Shown piece after piece: positions 9,190 through 18,634 of a stretch of 44,994 nucleotides of DNA. Below the pieces are notes generated by a model, which was not told where the DNA came from, made no database searches, and saw only the letters and a program-made list of their open reading frames with translations. The position numbers and the translations under genes were made by a program. The DNA is from a virus, in the IMG/VR virus record IMGVR_UViG_3300006224_000004. One strand, given 5' to 3'. Position 1 is the first letter of the stretch. Each line of letters begins with the position of its first letter.

Positions 9190-9827
9190 TGCCGCTGTCC
9201 GTCTACCCGTCCGACCCGCTCCCGGCCGTTCCCTACGAGTGGTCGACGTACCGGCCGATCGCCTCGAGCGGCCCGGCGTGGCGGCCCGTGACCCGCGCCC
9301 TGACGCGGTTCGACTGCTCGACCGTCCGGCTCCCCTACTTCAACCTGTCGTGGGAAGACCTCGAGGATCTCCTGACCTTCTGGAACTCCGTCGGCGGCGC
9401 CAACGGGATCTTCATGTTCATCGACTTCCTCGGGATCAACGACACGCCGGTCGGCGTGCTCTGGGAGAACCTGTACGTCTGCGTCGGCGACAGCACGACC
9501 GGGAGCGACGGCACCGCCGTTTACGACCTCCCCTGCTACGACGCCACCGTGGACGCCACCTTCAAGATTTACAAGAACGGCACCGAGCTGGTGCGGGACG
9601 AGGGCGGCGGGCACATCAACTACACGGTCGACACGACGGGCACGAACGGCGTGAACGAGATCACGTTCAACGACCCGCACCGCCCGCTGACGACCGAGAT
9701 CGTCGCGGTCACGGCGCAGTGCCGCCGGGTGATGCTCCAGGCCCGCTTCGTCGACCAGCGGTTCCCATTCACGCTCAGGGAGCCGTGGTCGGCAACCGGC
9801 ACTCTGTCGATCATGGAGGTCAGGTAG
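9189..9827 (+). CDS. Minor tail protein
   Basis: 212 aa with overlapping TGATG; the second gene after the tape measure. Confidence 0.5.
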   Translation: MPLSVYPSDPLPAVPYEWSTYRPIASSGPAWRPVTRALTRFDCSTVRLPYFNLSWEDLEDLLTFWNSVGGANGIFMFIDFLGINDTPVGVLWENLYVCVGDSTTGSDGTAVYDLPCYDATVDATFKIYKNGTELVRDEGGGHINYTVDTTGTNGVNEITFNDPHRPLTTEIVAVTAQCRRVMLQARFVDQRFPFTLREPWSATGTLSIMEVR

Positions 9828-12800
9828 TGCCCTACGACCCGAACACCGGGCTCTGGATCAACCCGGGACCGGGTGTGACGTGGGAGTACCTTCCGGAGAA
9901 CTACGGCACGCCCGGTCCCGACTGGCGCGGGCACCAGACCCGGCAGCAGCCGTTGCTGAACGGCATCGCCGCCGAGGACCGCCTCCCGCTCGTCTACGGC
10001 AAGGCCCGGCTCCAGTGCAAGGCGGTGACGTGGTACCCGGTGCCGGGCTCCGAGATGATCTGGCTGAAGGCCGTCATCGCCGTCTGCGAGGGCGAGATCG
10101 AGGCGATCGACCACTTCTACATGAACACGGCCGAGTACGCCGTCGGCGACACGACGTACTACAACCAGACGCAGACGAAGATCACGCACTACCACGGCGT
10201 CAACGGCGCCGGGATCAGCAACCTCTTCCCGCCGACCGCGGACACGACGTACTTCACCGACTGCGCCCACATCGGGCTCGAGATGATCGGCTACGCCTCC
10301 GGCGCCGTGATGCCGTGGTGGTACGTCCCACCGGGATTCACCGAGAACCAGGAGATCATCTTCACGGTCGACGTCCGGGGCCGGAAGGTCTACGACCCGC
10401 GGACGACGACGACGGCCTACTCGAACAACCCGGCGCTGATCGCCCGTGACCTCCTCGTCACCTACGGCCACACGCCGACGGCGGCCATCGACGACAGCGG
10501 CTCCTCGGCGACGAGTTTCTACACCGCCGCGGCGACGTGCGACACGAACAGCTTTGCCTGCAACGTCGCCTTCTCGGAAGGGATGACGCTCAAGGAAGCC
10601 CTCCGGATCGTCCTCCAGACCTGTTGCGGCGAGCTGACGTACACCGACGGCAAGGTCGGCATCTACATCGACGCGGCGAACGCCGGCGCGGCCCTCCTGA
10701 CGCTGAACGAGCAGGCCGGGACGATCGACAACGTCAACTGCGAATGGCTCCCGGTGACGGAACGACCGACGCGGGTGATCGTGGAGTTCCTGAACGAAAA
10801 CGCGAACTACGTCCTCGACCGGACGGAGGCCGTGGAAGACCCCGGCGTGGCGGACGGGACGGTCGCGCTCCGCGAGGCCGTCCTGCAGATCGACGGCGTC
10901 ACGACGCTCACGCAGGCGTGCAAGCTGCGGGACTACTACTTCAACGCGAAGTCGATCCCGCTCCGGATCACCGGCCAGTGCGGCTTCCAGGGCGTCCGGC
11001 TCGCCCGCGGGAACAAGATCCACGTCGAGACGCTCGCGGGCATCGACGCCGACTGCTGCGTCGAGCAGGCGACGCTCAACGACGGCGGCTTCTGGTCGCT
11101 CGTCCTGAAGCCCTACGACGCCGACGTCTACAACTCGACGCCGGACACGTCGGCCCCGCCGCTGCCGCCGCCACCGCCGACGACGACGCCGTTCGATCCG
11201 GAGCACCCGCTCGTCGCCCCGTTCGGGGCGAAGCTGGAGTTCGAGCTGGACGGGAACGGCGATCCGATCCTCCCCGCCGTGGCGCTCCTGACCTTCTATC
11301 CGTCGATCGCCTACGTCGATCCGCCGACGTACTACACAACCTCTTACTGGTCGCAGACCGGGTTCGCCACGTTCGACGGGACGAAGATCAACGACAATGT
11401 GACCAACGTCGACGCGGGGAGCATCAATTCGGGCACCGTGGCGTACCTGAAGTTCGACGCCGGCGTCGGTGCGACGAAGACCTTCGGGCGCTGCACCATC
11501 ATCTTCGGGACGGGCCACGCCTGGGGCTTCACGAACGTCGAGTATTCCGACAACGGCACAGACTGGACGGCGGTCGCTCAGGTCAACGGACAGGATAGTT
11601 ATTGGCTGGACAGCCATCTCAACTCGTGTTCCGAGTGGGACACGGGCGTCGCCGGGGCACATCGATACTGGCGCGTCTCGATCGACACGGACGTCTACGC
11701 GACGACGGTGCGGGAGGTGCAGTTCTACGAGGTGCTGGCCGATCCCGACCCGCGCCATATTTACTACGACATCTATGCGTCCGACTCGGCCACCGGCACC
11801 ATCAGATCCTTCCTGGGAACGCTGGAATCCGCACCGCTGGCGAGTGGGGCGGCCGGCGAGCCGTATACCGTGACCTTCGTGGACATGACGCCGACGGTCG
11901 GTGCGACCGCGCTCCTCTGCGCCGTCACGATCAAGGCGCGGACCTCGTTCGTTGAGGCGACGTATCCGAACCGAGCGGTCGTCTCGGACTCCGTCCCCGG
12001 GGACAGTGCCGTGCCGGGGATGATCCTGTCGCAAGACCCCGGATCTGCGACGGTGCAGCAACCCGTTGCCGCGAACATCCAGAGCATCGAGGCCGCGAGC
12101 GTCATCGTCTCCGCGGCGTCGAACAATCCCGTCATCAAGGGGACGAACACGACGAGCGGCAAGATCGGGATCGAGGCGTATGCCCCGACCTCGTCGGTCA
12201 ACGCCGGGGTCGCCGTCCTCGTCGCGGAGGACACGACCACGATGGCGGCGGATGTCGGCGCGGGCGTCCTCCTCCGGGGCAAATACAAGGCGGACGGCAC
12301 GACGGCCGGATTCGGCGGCGTGAAGGCCGGGAAGGCGAACGCGACCGAGGCGAACCTTGACGGGTACGTGGACCTCTACTCGCGGGAGAACACGGCGGGA
12401 CTGCTGGCCCGCGTCCGCATCGACAAGGACGGCGGCGTCGTGCTGGCGAAGAACGGCGCTCTGGCCACGAACGCGACGGGCGGCTTCACGTATCTGCCCT
12501 CGTGCGCGGGAACACCCTCGGGTACGCCGACGGCCTATACCGGCACCGTCCCGCTCGTCTACGACACGACGAACGACTGCCTCTACGTCTACAACTCCGG
12601 CTGGAAGAAGATGGGGCCGCAGGCCGAGCTCCCGTCCGCCTATGTCGAGATGACGACGCAGCGGACGACGACGAGCGCGACGCTGGAGGACATCACCGGC
12701 GCCTCGACCTCGATCACGCTGCCGTATGCCTGCAACGTCGCCGTCTTCCTGAACTGCGAGGTGTCGGCCGCCAGCGCCGCCGCCGACATCGGGCTCGCCG

Positions 12801-13009
12801 TCAATATCGACGGCACGGACCACGACACGGTCGTCACGCACTTGGCCGCCGGAAGTACGGACAGCGGCGTCTCGTCGGTCATCCATCGCACCGTGTCGGC
12901 TCTGACGGCCGGAACCTATACCGTCAAGGGAAGGATGAAGCGGGCCGCCGGGTCCGGAACGCCGGCCGTCGACCGCGCCGATCTGTTCGTCATGGCACTC
13001 AAGGGATAG
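9827..13009 (+). CDS. Central tail fibre / host-specificity protein (gpJ-like) with an internal discoidin (F5/8 type C)-like carbohydrate-binding domain
   Basis: 1060 aa, GTG start overlapping TAG. The N-terminal part (LPLVYGKARLQCKAVTWY...) resembles gpJ/Phage-tail_3 proteins. VEYSDNGTDWTAV ... HRYWRVSIDTDVYATTVREVQFYEV matches the discoidin-domain signature. It is the third gene after the tape measure. Confidence 0.7.
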   Translation: MPYDPNTGLWINPGPGVTWEYLPENYGTPGPDWRGHQTRQQPLLNGIAAEDRLPLVYGKARLQCKAVTWYPVPGSEMIWLKAVIAVCEGEIEAIDHFYMNTAEYAVGDTTYYNQTQTKITHYHGVNGAGISNLFPPTADTTYFTDCAHIGLEMIGYASGAVMPWWYVPPGFTENQEIIFTVDVRGRKVYDPRTTTTAYSNNPALIARDLLVTYGHTPTAAIDDSGSSATSFYTAAATCDTNSFACNVAFSEGMTLKEALRIVLQTCCGELTYTDGKVGIYIDAANAGAALLTLNEQAGTIDNVNCEWLPVTERPTRVIVEFLNENANYVLDRTEAVEDPGVADGTVALREAVLQIDGVTTLTQACKLRDYYFNAKSIPLRITGQCGFQGVRLARGNKIHVETLAGIDADCCVEQATLNDGGFWSLVLKPYDADVYNSTPDTSAPPLPPPPPTTTPFDPEHPLVAPFGAKLEFELDGNGDPILPAVALLTFYPSIAYVDPPTYYTTSYWSQTGFATFDGTKINDNVTNVDAGSINSGTVAYLKFDAGVGATKTFGRCTIIFGTGHAWGFTNVEYSDNGTDWTAVAQVNGQDSYWLDSHLNSCSEWDTGVAGAHRYWRVSIDTDVYATTVREVQFYEVLADPDPRHIYYDIYASDSATGTIRSFLGTLESAPLASGAAGEPYTVTFVDMTPTVGATALLCAVTIKARTSFVEATYPNRAVVSDSVPGDSAVPGMILSQDPGSATVQQPVAANIQSIEAASVIVSAASNNPVIKGTNTTSGKIGIEAYAPTSSVNAGVAVLVAEDTTTMAADVGAGVLLRGKYKADGTTAGFGGVKAGKANATEANLDGYVDLYSRENTAGLLARVRIDKDGGVVLAKNGALATNATGGFTYLPSCAGTPSGTPTAYTGTVPLVYDTTNDCLYVYNSGWKKMGPQAELPSAYVEMTTQRTTTSATLEDITGASTSITLPYACNVAVFLNCEVSAASAAADIGLAVNIDGTDHDTVVTHLAAGSTDSGVSSVIHRTVSALTAGTYTVKGRMKRAAGSGTPAVDRADLFVMALKG

Positions 13010-13022
13010 AGGAGAACCGCAG

Positions 13023-13271
13023 ATGGCAAAACCCGCCGACTTCGTCAACCGCTACCGAGGAGCAGCGAACCAGTTCCTCGAAGCGTTCGAGGCGCTCGAG
13101 CAGATGTCCATCGAGCACGACATCATCCAGCTCGTCGTCACGGACGCGAACATCACGAACGGCGACCTGACCGGGGCCGAGTTCGAGGCGGGGCTCGCCA
13201 GCGTCAAGACCATCTGGACGACCTTCACGGGCTCGGCGCACGCGAAGAACGTCTACAAGCTGAGACAGTAG
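13023..13271 (+). CDS. Hypothetical protein
   Basis: 82 aa with SD AGAGGAGAA; good GC3 coding bias. Confidence 0.5.
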   Translation: MAKPADFVNRYRGAANQFLEAFEALEQMSIEHDIIQLVVTDANITNGDLTGAEFEAGLASVKTIWTTFTGSAHAKNVYKLRQ

Positions 13272-13283
13272 GAGACAAATACG

Positions 13284-13613
13284 ATGCTTCTGAAGACCGG
13301 CAACTCGCCTCCCCCGCCGCGCCCGAAGGTCGAGGGCACGTTGACGCGGCTCGATCCCTGCCCTCACAACGGCCTGCCGACCGGCTTCATCCTGACCGGC
13401 TGGTCGAACGGCAACGTCGACGCCCGCATCCTGCCGCCGCCGGTCCAGATCATCGCGGACGGCGCGTTCCGGCGGCTCGGCGGGCTGGAGGCGCTCCAGA
13501 AGCGGCTCGGCCGGCTTTTCGTCCGCGACCCGGAGCGCAAATCGAAGAAGGACATCGCGAAGTTCCTCGACAAAATCAACGCAGAGACGCGGCGAAGCCG
13601 CGAAAGGAGTTAG
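13284..13613 (+). CDS. Hypothetical protein
   Basis: 109 aa with SD TAGGAGA; basic C-terminus. Confidence 0.5.
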   Translation: MLLKTGNSPPPPRPKVEGTLTRLDPCPHNGLPTGFILTGWSNGNVDARILPPPVQIIADGAFRRLGGLEALQKRLGRLFVRDPERKSKKDIAKFLDKINAETRRSRERS

Positions 13614-13615
13614 TC

Positions 13616-14077
13616 ATGGCTGTTACTGCTGCAATGTTTGGCACGTGGCCGGAGTTCATCCTCGGAGGTAACGCGACCGCTCCCACCACCGTCATCAACC
13701 TCCGGACGTCGAACGGATGCTCCGTCGCCCTCTACACCAACTCGTACTCTCCGTCGCAGGACACCCAGACGGCGTACAACAACACGAACGAGATCGCCAC
13801 GGGCAACAACTACACGCAGGGCGGCAACAACTTCACTTGCACGATCTCGACGCCGTCCAGCCGCGTCGTGACCGTCGACTCGGCGGCCGACCCGACCTGG
13901 GCGACCTCCGTCATCACGAACGCCCGCCGGGCGCTCGTCTACGACACCGACAACAGCACGGACCGGGTCATCTCCTGGGTCGACTTCGGGGCCGACGTCA
14001 GCTCGAACAACGGCGACTTCAAAATCACGTGGGCGGCGGGGGGCATCTTCACCATCACGGTTGCCGCGCTTGCGTAA
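13616..14077 (+). CDS. Hypothetical Asn/Thr/Ser-rich beta protein, probably a virion or fibre-associated protein
   Basis: 153 aa with SD AAAGGAG; located between the central fibre and the tailspike. Confidence 0.45.
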   Translation: MAVTAAMFGTWPEFILGGNATAPTTVINLRTSNGCSVALYTNSYSPSQDTQTAYNNTNEIATGNNYTQGGNNFTCTISTPSSRVVTVDSAADPTWATSVITNARRALVYDTDNSTDRVISWVDFGADVSSNNGDFKITWAAGGIFTITVAALA

Positions 14078-14080
14078 TCG

Positions 14081-16447
14081 ATGGGCCATGTGGCCTCAAA
14101 GCGTAAGCCTCCTCGCGGGAGGAGCGCCGAGGTTCTCGTGCCGGTAGCACGTTCGGCAACAGTCGCGCTGTCGCCAGCCGGCGGGGCACCCGCCCCGCCG
14201 GCCTATGGCTACTTCGTCTCGACGACGGGGTCGGCTACGGGCGATGGGACCGTCGGAGATCCGTGGGACATCGTCACGGCCTTCGCGGGCGGCTACCCGG
14301 CGAACACCGTAGTGGCTGGGGATACGGTCTGGATCAGGGGCGGGACGTATGTAGCGCCTCACGCGGTCGCGCCGAACAGGGGACACTACGAGTGTTCGCT
14401 CAACGGCAGCGCGGGTAACTACATCACGTTCCGGGGCTATCCTGGCGAACGGGCCATCATCGACGGCAACTACGATGTCACGGAGACGGGCAGCAACGGC
14501 CCGACAATCGCGCTCCGGTGGGACAACCTCGGGGACAACGGGCGCTACCTGATCCTGCGGGATCTCGAAATCACGAACTCCAATCCGCATCGTCTCGTCC
14601 CCGTCGATTACGCGACCTCGCTGACGGAGCGCGGCGACTGCATCTGGGTCACGGCACCCCATAGCAAGGTCATCAACTGCGTCCTTCATGACGGCGGTGA
14701 AGGTGCCTTCGTCAACTCCAACGCCGCCGCGTCCGAGTTCTCCGGCAATCTCATCTACTACAACGGCGAGTATTCCCCGGTCGGTGAGCCTGACACGGAA
14801 TGCGCCATCGACCTCCCACACGCCGCCGGGACTCCCGTGGCGATCTCCGGCACTTATTCGATGGCTATCGAGGCGGGCGGCTTGTCCCTGACCTTCGCGC
14901 ACAACAACGTCGCGGGCGACTACGTCGTAGTCGCCGTGGAGAGCACGACAGCCGACTACGCGAACCTCTCCGCGACCTACAACGCCAATTCCATGACGCG
15001 GATCAACGGCACGAACAACGACCACGGCACGGGGATCATCGCCCTGTTCGGACTCTCGACGGCGGAGGGCGCGGCCACGGGGAGCCACGATGTCGTCGTC
15101 TCACTCGCCGGGGGCGTGAACAAGCGCATCGTCGGCCTCGCCCAGTCCTTCGTGAACGTCAACCAGACGACGAGCGGCGGGTGGGCGAAGGGCGGCTGGA
15201 GTTCCCACACCACCACGCTCCCGCCTTACACGAATGACGTTGCCTCCGACGCGGGCCACATGGTCGTCGATGCGCTCTCGATCTACGGCTCCTATGGCAG
15301 CAACTACGATGTGGACCCCGCGGGCGACAACACGCTGATCTACGCCGGAGCGGGCGGCGGCAACTCGACCATCGGGGTGTCCTACGCCGCAGGGAACACC
15401 GCCCCCGCAACCACGGCGATGGGGTGGGACTGGGACCCCATCATCACGGGGCACGGGCACGGCCTCTACACGCAGAACGGGAACCAGATCACGAACGGCG
15501 TGGCCGTCGCCACCGATGCGACGTTCACAGCGTCATCCGGAACGCCGTGGTACAAGACCGATGTCGGCGCGACCATCAAGATTGACGGCGCGGGTGCCGG
15601 GGGAACGCAACTCGTCACCACCATCGCGTCGTACACCAGTTCCAGTTCCATCGAGCTGACCGCCGCGCCGCAGACCAGCGTCAATCCCGCGACCGCGACG
15701 TGGGGCCATCCGAAGCTCGTCAAGAACAACATCTTTCTCGACCAGGTCAACTACTGTATGCAGACCTACGGGTCGAGCGGTCAAGCCTACGTTAACAGCG
15801 AGACGACGGGGAACCTCTTCGTGGCCCACGGGATCATCCTCGGCGGCCTCTCCGGCTTTTGGATGACCGACAGCACGTTCCACGACAACTACTCGAAGGA
15901 CTCCGATCCGAACATCGGCTACAGCATGGCCCACCTGACGAACTTCGAGTTCACGGACAACATCATCAACGCCGACTGCGGGACCGGCGGCGGGGCCGGG
16001 ACGTGGGACGACCTCGTCATCGAGGGGAACACGATCACGGGGACGTTGACGAACTTCACCTCGACGGACTTCCCGACGAACACTTACTCGACTCCCGGTA
16101 CGAACCTCGTCGTCGTCCTCGACAACGACCACGAGGCGAACCGGGCGAACATCTACGTGTTCAACTGGGAAAGCCTGAACAACGTCAGCGTCGATCTCGA
16201 CAGCGTGGTGGCAGACAACACACCCATCTACATCCTGAACGCGCAGGATTACTACGCCACACCCGTCTATTCGGGCACGTACCACACGGGCGTTCCGGTG
16301 TCGCTCCCGATGACGGGCCTGACCGTGGCCGCCGCCATCGGCGGAGCGGGAGGCGACGCGGGCGCGATCTACACGCCCATCGCGGCGACCGGACCGACGT
16401 TCAATTCCTTCATCGTGCGGGCGCAAAGCGAGGAAACATGGCGATAG
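14081..16447 (+). CDS. Tailspike-like protein with right-handed beta-helix (pectate-lyase fold), putative polysaccharide depolymerase
   Basis: 788 aa. GDPWDIVTAFAGGYPANTVVAGDTVWIRGGTY ... YITFRGYPGERAIIDGN ... LILRDLEITNS is the typical N-terminal cap and first coils of pectate-lyase-like proteins. An inserted module is shared with the next ORF. Confidence 0.6.
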   Translation: MGHVASKRKPPRGRSAEVLVPVARSATVALSPAGGAPAPPAYGYFVSTTGSATGDGTVGDPWDIVTAFAGGYPANTVVAGDTVWIRGGTYVAPHAVAPNRGHYECSLNGSAGNYITFRGYPGERAIIDGNYDVTETGSNGPTIALRWDNLGDNGRYLILRDLEITNSNPHRLVPVDYATSLTERGDCIWVTAPHSKVINCVLHDGGEGAFVNSNAAASEFSGNLIYYNGEYSPVGEPDTECAIDLPHAAGTPVAISGTYSMAIEAGGLSLTFAHNNVAGDYVVVAVESTTADYANLSATYNANSMTRINGTNNDHGTGIIALFGLSTAEGAATGSHDVVVSLAGGVNKRIVGLAQSFVNVNQTTSGGWAKGGWSSHTTTLPPYTNDVASDAGHMVVDALSIYGSYGSNYDVDPAGDNTLIYAGAGGGNSTIGVSYAAGNTAPATTAMGWDWDPIITGHGHGLYTQNGNQITNGVAVATDATFTASSGTPWYKTDVGATIKIDGAGAGGTQLVTTIASYTSSSSIELTAAPQTSVNPATATWGHPKLVKNNIFLDQVNYCMQTYGSSGQAYVNSETTGNLFVAHGIILGGLSGFWMTDSTFHDNYSKDSDPNIGYSMAHLTNFEFTDNIINADCGTGGGAGTWDDLVIEGNTITGTLTNFTSTDFPTNTYSTPGTNLVVVLDNDHEANRANIYVFNWESLNNVSVDLDSVVADNTPIYILNAQDYYATPVYSGTYHTGVPVSLPMTGLTVAAAIGGAGGDAGAIYTPIAATGPTFNSFIVRAQSEETWR

Positions 16448-17376
16448 CCTTCGATTGGGGCAGCGGGGCTTCTCTCAAGGTTACTGACGGTGTCACAAAC
16501 AGCGGCGACAATACAGTCACTTCCGCGACGGCTAGTTGGTCGGCCGTAGACATCGGGAAGCAAATCTATATCGAGACGGGTACGCCCTACTCGACATACA
16601 TCACGGCAATCAACAGCGCGAACTCCATCGAGGTCGCCGTCGCTCCGGGGAATACTCTTACGGGAGTGCAACTCGGTTGGTGGGTCGGGAATTACCTACC
16701 GACAAGTACCACTACGAGCCTGACGTGGAAGCACCGGACGACCGGCTCCAATCGCTATCTCGTCGTCGCGGTCTGGTATGCCATCGATGCTGACGACGCC
16801 AATCTCGCCGCGACGTTCAACAGCGTGGCGATGACCTTGCTGCATACTTATCATCAAAGTGGGACGAGGGGTGGCGCGCTGTTCGGCCTCGCCCTCGAAG
16901 GCGTCGTGGCTACCGGGGAGTTCGATGTCGTCGTCTATGACACGACAGTGACAGCCGTTTCAATTGCCGCCACCTCCGCGTCCTATACCGGCGTGCATCA
17001 GACCGTCTCGACAGGGACGGCGGCACACGACGGGAATGGCGGCACGGGCGGAACGACACAGACGGTGACGGTCACATCTGCAACCGGCGAGATGGTCGTG
17101 GACTGCCTCGCGCTGAACTATCAGAACTACCTAGAAACCCCGACCGCTCCAACGGTCGTCGGCTCCACCCTGCGGCCAAGTGAGTGCAAGAAGGGCGATT
17201 TCTGCGGCACGAACGGCCAGCTTGTGACGGGCTACACGCCGGGACAGGCCAGCACGACTGTTACCTATACGTCCGGCGGCACCCAATACTGGGCAATCAT
17301 GGGCATCCCCCTGAAACCGGCCGCTGGCGGCGGTAGCGACGGCACCGTCTCGGCCGTATTCAATGTCACGCCGTAA
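16438..17376 (+). CDS. Fibre / receptor-binding-like protein sharing two modules with the tailspike
   Basis: 312 aa from ATG 16438, a 10-nt overlap with the upstream gene. Segments align by eye with 14081..16447 (details in findings). Confidence 0.5.
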   Translation: MAIAFDWGSGASLKVTDGVTNSGDNTVTSATASWSAVDIGKQIYIETGTPYSTYITAINSANSIEVAVAPGNTLTGVQLGWWVGNYLPTSTTTSLTWKHRTTGSNRYLVVAVWYAIDADDANLAATFNSVAMTLLHTYHQSGTRGGALFGLALEGVVATGEFDVVVYDTTVTAVSIAATSASYTGVHQTVSTGTAAHDGNGGTGGTTQTVTVTSATGEMVVDCLALNYQNYLETPTAPTVVGSTLRPSECKKGDFCGTNGQLVTGYTPGQASTTVTYTSGGTQYWAIMGIPLKPAAGGGSDGTVSAVFNVTP

Positions 17377-17388
17377 TAGCAGGAGGTT

Positions 17389-18087
17389 ATGCGTAAAACC
17401 ATTTACACACTCAACGTAAACAACTACGCGCCGGAAATCTGCGCGTTGACCTATCCGCTGCTGAAGCACCACGCGAAGCGGATCGGCGCCGAGTTCGTGG
17501 TCATCACGGGGCGGAAGTTCGACGGCTGGCCGGTCGTCTACGAGAAGCTCCAGATCAAGGAGCTGGCCGAGCAGCGCGGCGACGACTGGTCGATTTATAT
17601 CGACTCCGACGCGCTCGTCCATCCCGAGACGCCGGACTGGACGAACTTCCTGAAGCCGGACACCGTCGCGCACAACGGCATCGACATGGCCGCGATCCGC
17701 TGGCGCTACGACGCCTACTTCAAGCGCGACGGCCGGAACATCGGCTCCTGCAACTGGAACACCATCGCCTCGTCCTGGTGCCGCGACCTCTGGACGCCGC
17801 TTGACATCACGCTGGAGCAGGCCGTCGAGAACATCTACCCGACCGTCGACGAGCTCCTGACCGTCGTCGAGCGGTCGCACCTAATCGACGACTACACCCT
17901 CTCCCGCAACATCGCCCGGTTCGGGTTGAAGACGAAGTGCCTTCTGGATCTCCAGAAGGAAGTCGGGCTGGCATCGGGCGACTTCTACGACCACCTTTAC
18001 ACCCTACCGATCGACAAGAAGGTCGAGCACATGAAGGAAGTCCTCAAGCGGTGGCGGGTCGAGCAGTTCATGGAGCGGTGGAAATGA
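17389..18087 (+). CDS. Putative GT-A fold (DxD) glycosyltransferase
   Basis: 232 aa with a perfect SD (AGGAGG). WSIYIDSDALVHP is a DxD-type motif after a beta-strand, and the N-terminal IYTLNVNNYAPEI...RIGAEFVVI resembles GT8-like / nucleotide-diphospho-sugar transferases. Assignment rests on motifs only. Confidence 0.4.
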   Translation: MRKTIYTLNVNNYAPEICALTYPLLKHHAKRIGAEFVVITGRKFDGWPVVYEKLQIKELAEQRGDDWSIYIDSDALVHPETPDWTNFLKPDTVAHNGIDMAAIRWRYDAYFKRDGRNIGSCNWNTIASSWCRDLWTPLDITLEQAVENIYPTVDELLTVVERSHLIDDYTLSRNIARFGLKTKCLLDLQKEVGLASGDFYDHLYTLPIDKKVEHMKEVLKRWRVEQFMERWK

Positions 18088-18389
18088 GCGAGATCGAAGA
18101 CCTCAAGGCGCAGCTCGCCCTGCGCGACACCGAGATCGCCGGCCTGCGGCACGTTGTCGAGCTGCTCGAATGGGTCAAGGTCCGGAGCACCCGCGGCATG
18201 GACCCGATGCCCGACGCGATGCGGAGCAACAAGGACGCGGGCCGGACGAAGACGGAACAGGTCGTCTACGACCAGGTCATCAACGAGTCCTGGGTCTGCC
18301 CCGCCTGCGGGGCGATCCAGCCGAAGAAGCACCAACAGGGCTGCATGATCCATGCGGTCCTGACCAGCAAGCCGCAGCTCGGGCCATGA
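18084..18389 (+). CDS. Small coiled-coil plus Cys/His protein
   Basis: 101 aa with an ATGA overlap. N-terminal heptad-like EIEDLKAQLALRDTEIAGLRHVVELLEW; C-terminal CPACGAIQPKKHQQGCMIH. Confidence 0.45.
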   Translation: MSEIEDLKAQLALRDTEIAGLRHVVELLEWVKVRSTRGMDPMPDAMRSNKDAGRTKTEQVVYDQVINESWVCPACGAIQPKKHQQGCMIHAVLTSKPQLGP

Positions 18390-18399
18390 AGGGCTAGCC

Positions 18400-18633
18400 T
18401 TGGCCGCCTCGATCTCCTCCGCAGCCTACGCGGCGCTCCCGTGTCTGCGCTGCGACATTCTTGAGGAGGAGATCGAGAAGCTCCGGGGCCTAGTCCGCGA
18501 CATTCACTACGCGGGGCCGGTCGGAGACCTGTGCTTCCCGCAACACGGCTGCACGCCCGATCTGCGGTGGGAGTCTCACGCGGACGGGTGCCTGACGAAG
18601 CGCGTCGTCGGGGCTATCGGAGAGGGCGACTAG
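18400..18633 (+). CDS. Small Cys-rich protein (TTG start, uncertain)
   Basis: 77 aa: CLRCDILEEEIEKLRGLV ... CFPQHGC ... HADGCL. The only open frame in this gap, with good GC3. Confidence 0.35.
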   Translation: MAASISSAAYAALPCLRCDILEEEIEKLRGLVRDIHYAGPVGDLCFPQHGCTPDLRWESHADGCLTKRVVGAIGEGD

Positions 18634-18634
18634 C

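Noticed and set aside
9620-13048. Very long minus-strand ORFs. The 1142-aa ORF here is the largest. Others are 3246..4331, 26006..27271, 33496..34827, 41025..42593, 30601..31725 and 17131..17880.
   Set aside because: They lie antisense to well-supported plus-strand genes and translate to Arg/Gly/Asp/Pro-rich low-complexity sequence with no motifs. This is typical of stop-codon-poor shadow frames in GC-rich DNA.
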